A stretch of 62,905 nucleotides of DNA, filler included, from Choristocarpus tenellus KU-1152 (lineage: Eukaryota; Protista; Phaeophyceae), in NCBI GenBank assembly GCA_964200185.2. It is 9 parts of 9 records of this genome, joined end to end, with 100 filler letters (N's around TTAATTAATTAA, not from the genome) between each part and the next. Parts side by side here need not be neighbours in the genome. Positions count along the whole stretch, not along the records: positions 12,428 to 24,860 come from CAXNAD020001837.1; positions 24,961 to 35,843 come from CAXNAD020002649.1; 7 more parts are not named here. The stretch is one strand, 5' to 3'. Under the pieces are notes generated by a model. It was not told the origin of the DNA. It ran no database searches and saw nothing but the letters and a program-made list of their open reading frames with translations. Within the stretch, counting starts at the first letter, position 1, and each line of letters opens with the position of its first letter. Below are positions 12,473 through 25,116 of the stretch, in pieces. The translations under genes and the position numbers were made by a program.

Positions 12473-15230
12473 TTCAACGCCTGCCTGTGGGTGCCAACCC
12501 AATGGCTGAGGGGGGGCATCCATTGTCGTACGCACAGCTACAACTTTCGTTGTGTGGGCTAGCAGGGTGTGAAGGGGGCGGACGGCACAGCTTGCAGGCC
12601 ACAGGGCGAGGGTACCGTCAGCACTGCCAGCGAGGATGAGTGTACCTCTTTCCCAACTTCCATAACTCTGGTCCAGCTGGTTGTCTGTGCAAAGTAGCAA
12701 TTCTAAGGGCATGACGCCCAGGGCTGTGACAGGGGTGCAGGAGGCTGGGACCAGGTGGCGAAGTCCAAGTCCACGGTGAAAGCTGGCTTGATGGGCAACC
12801 TGTGGGCTCACTACTTGTACTATGCCATCATTCCATCCTGTCAAAGCAACTCCCAGAGTTGTGCTGTGCCACCATGAAGTGAGGAAGCACTCCTTGTCAG
12901 ACCGTGGGAAGCCCTCTACCTGGTCTTCCCTATGGCAAAAGAGGGAAAGGGTGAGAGATGACAGTCAATATGGTTCATGGGCTTGACATGTGAGCACTAG
13001 GCAACGTATTGCCACGAACTAACTGGTGCTGACGATAAAAGGTAGAAACCCTAATTCTTCAGCGAGTACTTGGGTATGCACGATATGATCTAGGGTGGAA
13101 CCCTCCAGTCTTTCTATAGCACCCCATCAATAATTGAGGTTTGAAAGGTCCATCTAGTCTGCCCTCTCCCTCCCCATATCATTCTTCGAATAATCTTTAA
13201 ACCTGGCATTACCTGTGACGTCGCTCAAGTGGCACATGTAGCACTTTTCCAGCCTTTGTTTGTGTTACATTCACGACCTGGAATGATGATGGCTGTGATG
13301 TCACGAGGACAAGGGCCTGGGGATTAGAGTCAGTGTTGGTTGGTAAAGGTACAACTGCATGCATCCCCCTGATCCTTGACCCCAGTCCCATATCCCACAA
13401 CAATGCATTGCCTTGAATTCTGGTATCTGGAGCAGGGTGATTGCTGGACATTATGATGAGACCGGAAATGGCTACACCTGAAACCACCATAAGACTCAGG
13501 CCAGTCTTGTCACAGAATCTGCCTGTCAGGATGATGGCTGTCAATGCAGCCTTGGGCAGGCTTCGTGCTCTGACAGTCTCCTCTTCTGCCACATCCAACT
13601 CTGGTTCAACTTCCACACCAGTAGTAGCCTCTTGCTCTTTTCCTCCGGGTGGTTTTGATTGTGGGCCTCCTGCACTCTCTCTGGAGCGAGAGATGGCATC
13701 TAGTGCAAGTGGGAGGCGGGGTGCTGGCTCGGGCAAGGTGTATGCAAGGACAGCCTCACAACCCCCTGAATGTAGTAGCCAAACTCGCAGAGTGCGGGTA
13801 CGGTCAACTACATAGAGATACACCTGCTCAGAAGCATCAATCGGAAACACCCCCCCATATTTGTCCTTCCTTTTCCTTCCATTGAGGACAGAGAATCCTG
13901 CCCCGACAATGGGCACATCAGAGGTGAACGACATTACCTTCAGCCAGCCAGAGCAAGGGTAAAGAAACATAGACTTTGCATGGGCGTGTGTGTACAGGAT
14001 CGCTATTGTCATGAACTACTGTACAGTTGGGATAAGGTAATAAGTCCTTAAAACAGACAGCAGCTACCAGTATGATAGTGCAGCAGGTGTACCTGCAGGG
14101 GTCAGACGCCCAGGATGAGATTGCCCATGCATGCATAACCATGAGTGCATGTCGAGTTGCATGTGTTCTCTTCCTGTATTACGCAAATAATAGTATTGCA
14201 GTGATCCCTTACCTGGTATGTCTCTTGCTCTGCGACATCAATTTGGTGGATGTCCAGTTTCGTCTTTGTATTAACTGATGTGTAGGAAAGCGCTGCAAGT
14301 GATGCCTGTCCACACCATTCTATGTTCTGCACCTTGCATTCTTGAGGTGCAAGAGCGGCAGCAGTAAGGAGTGTTGCCCCTGTTTCCAGATCAAACACAC
14401 AGAGGTGTCTGCCATCTACAATACCTATGAGCAGTCCTCTGAGGGAATCTGCTATCAGGGACGCCACAAGACTCAGCTTAGTCTTGCCCATCGCGCCTAT
14501 TGGCTCGAAATCAAAGTCTTGCTGCTCGTCGGGCAATCCCCTGATCACGATTTCATGCCGCAGGACTAACATCAAAGAGGGTTGGGGTGTTTTTTTCCTC
14601 TTGAGCTTTTTGGTATCACTGCTCGCGGTTCTAGAAGCATTGTCCGGTTGTCGAAGAAGGGTGTATACCTTTATCCCTCCCGCTTGTGTCGCCAATCCTA
14701 TTGTGCAAGCTTTCTCGTTCCAGGCAGTCGCCAACACACTCTCCCCCCTGTCAGCAAAATGATGACCAACAAAGAAAGCTTCCAGGGCTTTCAGGTTTGC
14801 TGTTGCATAGATGACGAATACTTAGTCTGTGAACAGAGTGCAAATCCCACATCGTGGAAGACTACCGACGGAGATCCATACACTCTCAACTACAACTGAT
14901 TCGGAGGAGGTACTGCACTCACCTGTCAAGACTAAGCAATGGGTGACATTGATCAAGATCCGGCAAGCGGAACACGATGACGCCGTCTTTAACGAATACA
15001 CAAATAATGTACGCGTTGTCTGGAGAAAAGAAGAGTCCTTTCGCTTGCTGCCGTGGACAAGCCGCTGAAACGAGTAGTGTTGGACCTTCTTCCATGGCCT
15101 CGTCCTGGGCTAGAAGCCATAGCTTAATGGTACCTTGATCAACTGTGACAACACGACTTCCCTTGGTAGCGACAGCTCCGATCGGCTGCTTATGGGCCGT
15201 AACCTGGAATTTCAACCTGAGCGTCGCCAT
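12473..15230 (-). CDS. WD40/beta-propeller-like protein, 5' part; exons 15230-14923, 14747-14213, 14015-13213, 12929-about 12473
   Basis: Long GC-richer open exons with frame-compatible GT/AG junctions. WD-like segments: AHKQPIGAVATKGSRVVTVDQGTIKLW and LILAGSADGTLALW..LHTLLAHTTKVVAV. The exon 3 acceptor and last donor are uncertain; the gene runs off the contig. Confidence 0.65.
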
Positions 15231-18200
15231 CCTACATCATTGGGTGTGTTCGAAGCATTCCCCTCCTCAAACACACCACAGGATGAAATTGCACAAGTCT
15301 ACCGTTTCATGAATAAAAATAATATAATTTTGATAAATATTTTGCACTTCTATTTCTTGATACTAGAAAATAGTAACTTACAGATGGAGTAAATAATTAT
15401 TTATTGGTTGGTATTGATGTTATTAAAAAACATAGCACCCAGTTCGAATTAGGTCTTGTCTATAGTCGCCCTCAAAGAACAAACGGACAAGACGGATATC
15501 ATCTCCAGAAACTCCCTTCATAGTCAACCAGTGTTTGGGGTAGGGAAGAAATCGTCCATTCGCTGCAGAGTTTGGTACACCTGCCGTTTGGGTGAATGCA
15601 GAAGGTAAGATGTCGATACTAGGAATGCCCATACATGCCCTTGATTTGGGGGCAAGTACGCCTACTATGATCAGGCAACTAGGTAGAGTCTCCTGGCGGA
15701 TGGGCATCTCTTACACCTCTTGGGGTGATGTTCAACATAGCCACACTACATTCCCTGGTGGGGAAAGGGTCTTCTCGTCGAAGTGGCCTTTGAAGAGGTT
15801 CAAGTTGACACTCATGTAAAGTATTTCATTGAACATCAGGGCGTTACTGTAGCTCAGGATCAGAAGTGCAAATATTGCGGTATATGTTTTATTTGTTTTG
15901 GTTTTTATATAGTACACGAAGAATCATTGTATGATGGGTTACTACCACCACCACCACCACCACCACTACTACTACGGCAGTAATGTGGAGATAGTGTGAA
16001 ACAGGTGGAAACCAGCAGACAGGTTCTTCAGACTGAAGGGGAACGGAAAGACGGAAGACCCACAGGAGGAGCGGAAGAAAGATAGACAAGAAAGGAGGGT
16101 CAGCAACCCTCTGAAGGTCACTCAGAAAAGGAGTGAACAAGGAACGTGAATGAGGGGGTCTTGTAAGCTCCACCTAAACAACCCGATACTGATGTACTCA
16201 GGAAGAAAATGCTCATACCATATGAGGAAACAGACCTTGGTATATTTTCTAAAGAAAAAGCACTTTAAACGGTGTGTATACCTTGGCAAGAAGGAGGGTA
16301 TTACATCATCCCCCGCTATATATGGCCTGATGATAATACAAGTATCATAAGAAATGGAAGAAGTGTGTGTGCAGAAGGAAGCTGGCATGAATATTGAGAG
16401 AAAATATATTCAAAGCAAGTGAGAGGTCCCTAGGGTTGCATTTTAAGTATGCTGAGAAATAGGTGCAAAATTCGCCTCTTTACGACAAATGCGCATAGGA
16501 TGTTTTCTGATTATTTCAACAATAGAGAAATCAACACTCTCAAGTCAAAATTAGCACTTTATCCATAGAAATATGGGTGAACTGCAAAAAATGAAAGACT
16601 TTCTTAAAATGAAAAATGGCCAAAACCTGGGTACCTCTCGTTTACTTTGGCTCAGAAATAAATAGTCTCTCAGCAAGGGAATACTGTGAGGCATGAGAGT
16701 TGCATACACAAAGATATCCTCATGGTACGACATATACAGAGCAAAAACATTTCTTGAGTGAGGGTGCCTCACAACTTGCAACTAAGATAGATTTGGTCAA
16801 AACCAAATCTGTGCTACTTCACCTTGATCAGGGGTGAGATTAAAAAAAAATCTGGGCACATAGATCGTGATTTCGATGTATCGGATATCACAACGTCTGG
16901 TCAAGTCTTCAACGTGAAAGGGCATGGGCAAGAACTAGGTAGTCGTGGCTTGAAATTCCGTACAACTCCATCAAGGCGATACAGGCACAAAAGGATGGGC
17001 CATCATCTCCAATGAGGAGGAAACACGAGCATGGGAGACTCCCATAGGGAGCACAGAAACCGTGATCGAATTACAGCCGTTTAGGTGTGGCACCAAATAT
17101 TATATAAAGGTTTGTTTATAGCATTCAACAACACATCATATGGATGTTCGAGTCTCATTCAATGGTTTCTTGTTCTCAAATATACAATAATAATAACTAT
17201 ATGTAGCAACTATTTTAATTACTCCCAACATTGGCTAGTACTATTTGTTGGTGTATTGGAAGACTTTTACCATCAGCAATGCATACTCTTGTGTGGGTAC
17301 AATTAAAAATATGCTTCATAGAATACAACAGGTGTTGCATATCTGTTGATGAAGCTAAAGGCCACAACACATGATACAAATATGTTGGTATTGGTATTAC
17401 CTTTCGTAGTAATACTATAATAGGAGATGTAGTAGAAGAAAAACATCGTATTACTTTCGACGACTTCTGCTGCTAATAAGAATAATGAAGAGTTCCACAT
17501 AAACGGAGTAATTTCATATGAATGACTACACAATGTATTTCAATTGGTGGATATAAAGCCAGATGTGATCGAAATTTCTCTTCGTTAAGGATCACCAAAA
17601 CTCGTCCCAACATCATCAATGCTCTTTTGTGGCATAGATTTCTATAAGGCAGAAAGAAAGCACAGCCATAAATAATGGTGAAAAATAGGACGGAATTATA
17701 TTTTGGAGTAGGGAACGGAGGGGCAAGGCCATTGCCTCACAACAGGCCAAACTACATTATCAAGAGAAGAGGAGCAAAAGAATACAAGTTAAATATGTTG
17801 CAATCTGAGCTCTCGCGAGTTCATATACCTGATGTGGGTGATGTTGACCTCAAGATTCACAAGAAAAAGAGTCAAACCAGCCGAGAGGTAAGCAGGGTTG
17901 CATTATAAGGATTATGAGAAAGGGAAAAAATACGCAACTTTGTATAGTTGCAGAAAGAGGCTTTGTTTAGTTATGGTGTCACTTTGTGTGTGGAAGGGGG
18001 GAGCATCAATGTTTCTTTCACTATTGTACATATAAAGCAATTAAGCGGAGTGTATTGCAAGGGGTAAGAGAGATGGCTTAGAATGCAAAAGGGCCCAAAC
18101 CTGCCTGCCTCTCAATTGGTTTCGCTCAAAAACATGGGCTGGAAATTGCCTTACATGTTTCTGGACCGTAAACTTGGAATGATAATTACTTTTGTCGTTG

Positions 18201-18624
18201 CTTGTAATAAGAGACTAAACCAATTTAGATATGTCTGACTTGTCTCTGACCCTGAAACAACATAAAAAATAGACAACAAAATATTATAAGTCAAATAGAT
18301 AATAGAAAAATCCTATATGGCGTTCAAACCGGCATTTATGAAACCGCTGTTTGGGGCTTGCACTCTGCAACAATTACCAAGAAGTAGACACCAACTGAGA
18401 AATGCATTATTATACTCCAGGAAAACTAAATATATACCCCCAGTAAAACGTATTATGCTTGTAGAAGTACATCCTCCGTTCGGAATTAAATGTAGCATAA
18501 CTTTTGTAACCTTTTTTAAGGAGCAAGATTTTTTTCACATGTTCATATGTGATGTATTGTACAAACACTAAAAAGGTTGCTCACCAAGATCTCAACCAAA
18601 ATGGGGCACCCTACACCTATCTAT

Positions 18625-18909
18625 TCCTCAAAGCATTTCAGAGGGTAGTTCCACATCCGTTTGGGGTCATAAATCCAATGTTGCGATTTTTATATAATTT
18701 TGTCTATCGTGTTTGTTAGCAAGTGTCAATATCCTTGTTCCGGACACACCTTTTCATAGTCGAGTACATTTTAACCCACTCCGAAAAATTTTGGAGTAGG
18801 TAATTGTGTTCACAGAAAACCGAAAAAAAGGGCATGAAAAACCCGTGGGAAGCCAAGCCTCGAACAGACAAATAGGGGTAAACTCTTACCCTTTGAAGTG
18901 CTTTTGGGT
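18625..18909. mobile_element. MITE family B (TIR variant ..AAAGCATTTAAGAGGGTAG) inside the mariner 3' region
   Basis: Internal sequence homologous to family A; CTAT duplicated compared with the empty site in the mariner at about 55855. Confidence 0.8.
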
Positions 18910-19301
18910 CTATGGTCCACCCCTGAAGGACTCCAAAACTACATTCTAGCACAGTATTCGCACGATCCACTGGGGCATTTGGAGGGAGCTTGTCCGCCTT
19001 CTCTATCTTTTCCTTGCGAAGATGGGGAATTTTGAAGATGCTGTCACCCTTGAACCCCGGCACTTCACAGTAGACTACAAAGATACTCTGCCAGACGAGC
19101 TCTGGTGTCTCCAGGGAGTACACATCGAACGCCTGTATTGTGACCTCCACCAGCTCCTCTGTGTTGGTCACCCCCGTATCTTCCTTCAGTTGCTGGATGG
19201 AATGAAAGAATCCCAGGTCGTTGACGTTGAGGTCAGGTGAGTTGGCTGACTGGGTCTCTATAACAATGTCACCCCCCACTTGCCTCCATGATCCTTGGTG
19301 T

Positions 19302-19559
19302 GAGTGAATGTATCTTAGAGGGTACGAGTTTGCCCCGTTTGTCCATTTGATTCTTGACTTCCCATGGGTTTTTTAATGACGTTTTCCTACTCCAAAATGT
19401 TTAGGAGTAGGTAAAATGTGTATGTTATGAAAAGGTGTGTTCGAAACATAGATATTGATACTTCCTAACAAACACGATAACCAAAATTACATCAAAATCG
19501 CAAAATTAGATTTTGACCCTCAAATTGACTCGACACTACACTCTAAGATACTTTGGCTC
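19302..19559. mobile_element. MITE family A interrupting the transposase between the 2nd and 3rd catalytic Asp
   Basis: Ends GAGTGAATGTATCTTAGAGGG ... CTCTAAGATACTTTGGCTC; imperfect TSD in a TG run. Confidence 0.88.
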
Positions 19560-21150
19560 TGTGTGACTTTGCCTCGCCCTGCTGCACGAAAATGGTATGT
19601 CCTTCCGGCCTAGGCATGCAGGCCTTGATTGCTGGAATGATATCCTCAATCATGAGCTCCTTATAGCTCTCCCCATCCAACATGGCTGGCACAAGCACCT
19701 TGGTGCCTTGGGGTGGTGTTTGCTGGAGTGCTGAGGGACCTGAGTGTCCACGATTGGCCAGGTCCCGATTTTCCCATCGAACCACACCCCGTTGGAGAGG
19801 TTCCTAGTGCAGGCCACAGATGCAAGGAACATCATCTTTGTGATATAGCTCTTATTTTGTGCCCGTGGGGGTTTGGGGGGGTCCTCAGTGGGGTGCAGGC
19901 ACACACCTTGTGTTGAAATATCCCACACTGGACCCACGGCTGTGTGCCCTGATAGAGGACAATGAATAGCTTGATGTAGATATACAGTGTTAATGTTACA
20001 AGGAGCTTGTGGTCTCAATTCTGTTAACTGAACTGGTGGGGGGTGAGACATGCCTAGACTACCATTACTGTTCCTATAGTGTGGGGTTTGCAATCGTCCA
20101 CACTAATTTACTATGAATCACTTATTTACTTGTCTTAAGCAAGTGTATCTTGAACATGACACAAATATGAATGGACACTAGGAGTCACTACATATGATAT
20201 ATCTGTCACTGACTCTCCATCCTATTACCTAATCCACGGGTGGTGTCTATCATGTATCAGCACCACTATCTACGAACACTCTCCCTTGCTGCGCAGACCC
20301 TCAAAATCCACTTATCTGAAAAATAGAGAAAACAAACCTCTGCTAGTCCTATCAAAAACAATTTAACAAATATACCCTAACATCCATATTGACGTTGGGT
20401 CTGTGTAGTTACTATAAAACAGTCATGAATCTACCCATCTGTCCTATTCCAGTCTTATGTAGAAACATCCTCAGGTACTTTCTCCTGCAGGTCCTTAGCA
20501 ATACCATGTTGTGTTCCCCACGGTCCATGAAATGGCAGGGTCCTTAGCAATACATGTAGCGTCTCCTACAATCAACAAAACCTCCCTAGTACATAACTAC
20601 TGCAGGTCACTGGAACACAGATCCTACCTCATATCTACCTTCCTATTGTAGTCTCCAGTGGAAACATTATCGGGTACTTCTCCTGCAAGTCCTTAGCAAT
20701 ACCATGTTGCATCTCCCACAATCAACAAAAATCCCTAGTACATCACTACTACAAGTCACCGAAATGCAGTAATATGGTGAGGCTGTTTCTTCCTACCGAT
20801 CCTATCACAGTCTCTATGAACACATTCTGGGGTGTTTTTTACTGCGGGTCCTTAGCCGTAACAAGTTGTGTCTCCCACGATCCACGAAATATCCCTAGTG
20901 TAACGCCTAAAGTGAATCCTTGGAAAGGAGTAGCAATATTCAATTGACTTCCTTACCACTGACATACCATACACACAAACAACAAAAAATCTCTCCCTGG
21001 CTTTATTAGCTCTTCTATCTAAAGTCAGTCTGCATACAACATCACAGCTGTCACTTGACTACTGTGGATATGCACTATAATACACTAGACAAATGGGGGA
21101 CAAATTCCAATCAACTAGTTTGCAATAACAACAAACACAAGGGAAGACAT

Positions 21151-22554
21151 TCACAAGGAGAAATGTTCTCTTTCACCAAAATAGGAGTCTATAACATCTT
21201 CTAACCTTTCGAGTCTTGAACTGATATCTTCTTGGGTTCTGCCTGGGGAAGGAGGGGTTGCTACCGATACCATGTGCACTCCATCCTTAACCTCTCTTCT
21301 GGAAGGTCTTCTTGTTCTCTCCCTGGCTCGAAGAGTAAGGGGACATCCATCTACTTCGTGACGAGTCAAAGTATCTTAGAGGGTAGAGCCGCGTCAATTT
21401 TGGGGCCAAAGTCAAATGTTGCGATTTTGATGTAATTTTGTCTAATAACATACTTGTTAGGAAGTGTCAATATCCTCGTTCTGGACACACCTTTTCATAA
21501 CGTTTACATTTTATCTACTCTGAAATGGTTCGGAGTAGGTAAAATGTCATTAAAAAAAAACATGGGAAGCCAAGCCTCAAACGGACAAACAGGGCAAAAC
21601 TCGTACCCTCTAAGATACTTTCACTCTGACTATCCCTGTACATCTCATGCATCTTCCACCTTGGTCTTCATCCTCTCCCTGTATTGCTGAGGCACTAGTG
21701 TGCCAAGCCCAGTCAAGGTTGGGGCAGTCACTTTTGGTCTGACCATCTTTGCCACACATAAAACAGACTACACAACCCTTTTTTCATCCCTTTCTGCCAG
21801 CAGTACCCTTTCCCGCACTTGCAACAAAAGCATCACCATTCTCAGTAGACTTGGCTACGTTGATCGCTTGCAGGTCCTTGAGCCTTACAACAACTATATC
21901 TTCTACTTCTTTCACAGTCTTGGTTTCCCCGAAATGGACGAAGCTCTTGACTTGGGAGTAGCTCTCCCCAAGCTTGTTAAGATTAGTCGCCACCTTGGTT
22001 TCTTCTGTGATCACTTCGCCCATGGACTCTAGCCTGGTTGTCAGCCTGGACAGTTCGGTAAGCCCTGGTGAAGGGTCCCTCCTGTCGTCAATCATGAGCC
22101 GGTCAAGTTCCTGTCGTAAACGTCTCGCCTCCTGTCGGGTCTTGGGCATAAACGCCGCTTCAAGCGCGCGCCATCCAGCACTTGGGGAGTCAGGCGCAAT
22201 GAACACATGTAGAGCATGCTCTTTAAGCATGATGAGCATGAGCTGCCAAGCTTTCTTGGTCCGTGAAGTGGCCAGTCGCAGGTCACTGTTGCTTGTCATA
22301 ATCGGAACAGGTGCCCTTGAAGATCTCGTGACTTGATCTCCTTCATCGCTTGGTGAACTTGACGATTCGACGTTCACCGCCCATATGGGCCCTCCACAGA
22401 TGATGTCCGGGTTATGTAGAGCAGTCTTACAGTCATGAACACCCAGCGTGGCCTGAGCCCTTACCGCAAAAGTGTAAAAGTCTTTGCCCAGCTTTCCTAC
22501 GAATGTTGGTAGGGTTGTGATCTTCGTTGTGTTGCCAGCGGACATCTTGTACAC
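21151..22554 (-). pseudogene. gag: Copia-type Gag with two CCHC knuckles, disrupted
   Basis: ORF 21784..22554 has the Copia gag pattern (AWQLMLIML..SPSAGWRALEAAF..ARRLRQELDRL..KLGESY). After a frameshift come CFMCGKDGQTKSDC and CMRC....HEVDGC (the latter split by a MITE), ending EREHFSL*. Confidence 0.85.
21363..21626. mobile_element. MITE family A inserted in the second Gag zinc knuckle
   Basis: GAGTCAAAGTATCTTAGAGGGTA ... TACCCTCTAAGATACTTTCACTC; perfect TSD TGAC. Confidence 0.93.
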
Positions 22555-25116
22555 AATAATTGCTCACTACCATCCTTGTCGTTCAGCGCAACGTCCCAGG
22601 AACAATCGGTCCGCTACCTAGCGTGTTGAAATATCCCACACTGGACCCACGGCTGTGTGCCTTGATAGAGGACAATGAATAGCTTGATGTAGATGTAAAG
22701 TATTAATTACAAGGAGCTTGTGGTCTCAATTCTGTTAACTGAACCAGTGGAGGGTGAGACATGCCTAGACTACCATTACTATTCCTATAGTGTGAGGTTT
22801 GCAATCGTCTACACTAATTTACTATGAATCTCTTATTTACTTGTCTTAAGTATAGCAAGTGTATCTTGAACATGACACAAATATGAATGGACACTATGAG
22901 TTAGTACATATGATATATCTGTCACTGGCTCTCCGTCCTATTACCTAATCCACGGGTGATATCTATCGTGTATCAGCACCACTATCTACGAACACCTTGC
23001 CCGTCTTTGAGGAGGTAAAACCGCTTCTCATCCACACCCAGTCAGATAGATCGTCCACAAATACCACACTCCCCCCCATCTTGTATATGTGGCTGATGAC
23101 GAAACCCACCCTGCTGACTTTCTAGTGGTCTAAGAGGACTGGCTTAATTCACCACTTGACTTTCACCTCCTCGCACTTACACAGATCCCACAACGAGGCA
23201 AGGGAGATCCCAGCTTTGGTTGCCCATTTGTGGAAGGATGTGCAGTGTACTTATGGGACATCCCAAAGGTCGAGGATACTTGACTTGTACAGTGGCCACA
23301 TTGCCCCTTGTGTAATTCTACAAGGTTCATGCATTCAATCCATGAGATCTGGTTGTCATACTTCTTCAGATGATGAAACACAGTGGTTCGCGAAACTCCG
23401 AAGTCCTCCACGATGGCCCCCACCGTCCCCCGAGGTATACGAGTCTCACGCCCCCTCACCTCCAGGAATTGGACCACCATGCTGTTCTTAGTCAAAATGT
23501 TTGAGTCCTGATCCTGGGCAGACTACGGAATGAGTGTGCCGCTCGAACGAATGGGAGCCTTTGTCCTAGGCATCTCAATAAAAACCCACTTTGACAGTTT
23601 GACGAGGTTTTGAACACCATCAAATGTGGCTTGGTCGACTTTGCACTATGAACCTCCACAGTCATAACAGCCCACCATCTCAAACCTTGCATGCCTCCCA
23701 ATCTCTATGAGAAATAAGTTTCATCAAGAGTGTCAGTGAGTCGTTTCCAGGCGAGAATGGATGTTGGAAAAGTTATATTACATTTCATTCCGAACGGAGG
23801 AAGTACTCTGTAGTTTGTCGTAAATGCATAGTATGCGTGAAAAAGAGTAGCAGGAAGTGGTGCTCATTCCTTTCCAGAGGTAGAAAAGAGAGCAATGTTT
23901 ACTGCGTGAATAGAATGTGATGACCACTCACTGTGTTGCGTCAATTCATCGAATGCATGATAATGGACGCTTCTCTTTCCTTGAGAAAAGTTGTCTGTGA
24001 CTTGAGTCATACTTCGATATGATACAAAGAAAGGAAGTGATGCAAGTGCTCCTTCACCTCACCAACTAGGCGGCAAACCAGACTGTTGATATGCGAGCAC
24101 AGAACGAAGGTTTCTCTTGGTCTATTCGTAGATAAGACTCGGGAGAAGTTTGTATTCAGTAGGTGTGTGCATTGGATCAATTGCGCTTCAACTCTGTTTC
24201 AAACGAAAGTACCCTCACTTATTAAACTTTTCCTACTACATCAAACTTCCTTGTGGCATCACATCTCGTTCACATGCACTCCATTGTATGTATGTATATA
24301 GATGTTATCCGTTGCTGCTGCTGCTGAACGAGACTGTTCATTTACGTCAAACACTGAACCTTGCACCCTCCGAGGGATACAGTACATCTGGCAAAAACGA
24401 AACGATGCAAACCCACCTACTACCTGTACCAGCAAAAAAGGACAGACAAAAGAGGATTGTTTTGTAGGGCTCAATGAGGTGTGTGTCAACTAATTATCCG
24501 CAGCCTACTAAAAACATTCCCATACCTACTCTTGGTCACATTGCATACCATACTAAATATACTAGTGCATCATATAGAACTGCAAAAATGTAGCTTCTTT
24601 TCTACTCAAACAAGCTGTTCATCATTCACGCATTTGTACTTGGCTATCTGATTTGGTATGTTTTTGAAGGTGCAGTGATTGTCTTCAGCATACCCAATGT
24701 AGGGAAGGGGCACTCAATGGATACCTCCTACCATGTCTGAGGTCGCTGTCTATTGATGTAAACAGCAGGTCAGAGTATTCTTGACAAAAGGTAACAGAGG
24801 TATGGGATGAACATGAAATCAACATCTTGAACAGCGGGAAGGCCTATTTGTTGTACCCTGNNNNNNNNNNNNNNNNNNNNNNNNNNNNNNNNNNNNNNNN
24901 NNNNTTAATTAATTAANNNNNNNNNNNNNNNNNNNNNNNNNNNNNNNNNNNNNNNNNNNNGGAGGACAAGAGTTCGGGTTGGATCAAATTCAGAGGAGGT
25001 GTGCGTAGGATATTGAGAGTCACTCACACCACATCCTTTGAAGGCAAATGAATCTCTTCCTTTTCCGTTCTACTCCCCTTGACAGTCTAAAAATAATTCA
25101 ACAGCCGTATGCCAAC

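Larger units (their letters stand above)
19911..22994 (-). mobile_element. Gag-only Copia-type LTR retrotransposon; LTRs 19911-20278 and 22624-22994
   Basis: Two homologous LTRs of about 370 bp with TGTT..AACA ends; 5-bp TSD CCTTG (19906-19910, 22995-22999); polypurine tract next to the 3' LTR (reverse complement of ctctcccttgc at 20279); gag ORF present, no pol recognised. Confidence 0.93.
18470..23803 (-). mobile_element. Full-length degenerate Tc1/mariner (plant-mariner-like, DD37D) element with nested insertions
   Basis: TIRs CATCCTCCGTTCGGAATTAAATGTA / TACATTTCATTCCGAACGGAGGAAG, each flanked by TA. Transposase motifs VDEKRFY, KMMFLASVA, WFDGKIGTWP, QQGEAKSH, NSPDLNVNDLGFF. Contains stops and frameshifts. 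Confidence 0.92.

Noticed and set aside
13441-13815. Plus-strand ORFs overlapping the WD40 exons (also 21974..22336 over gag)
   Set aside because: Antisense shadows of real GC-rich coding sequence.
15423-16390. Fragmentary ORFs upstream of the WD40 gene
   Set aside because: Probably a decayed retroelement, but no diagnostic motif could be identified.
21454-21690. Recurring small ORFs of type MLGSVNIL..TPFHNV..PLRYFHS
   Set aside because: Chance frames through the non-coding MITE; stops and frames differ between copies.
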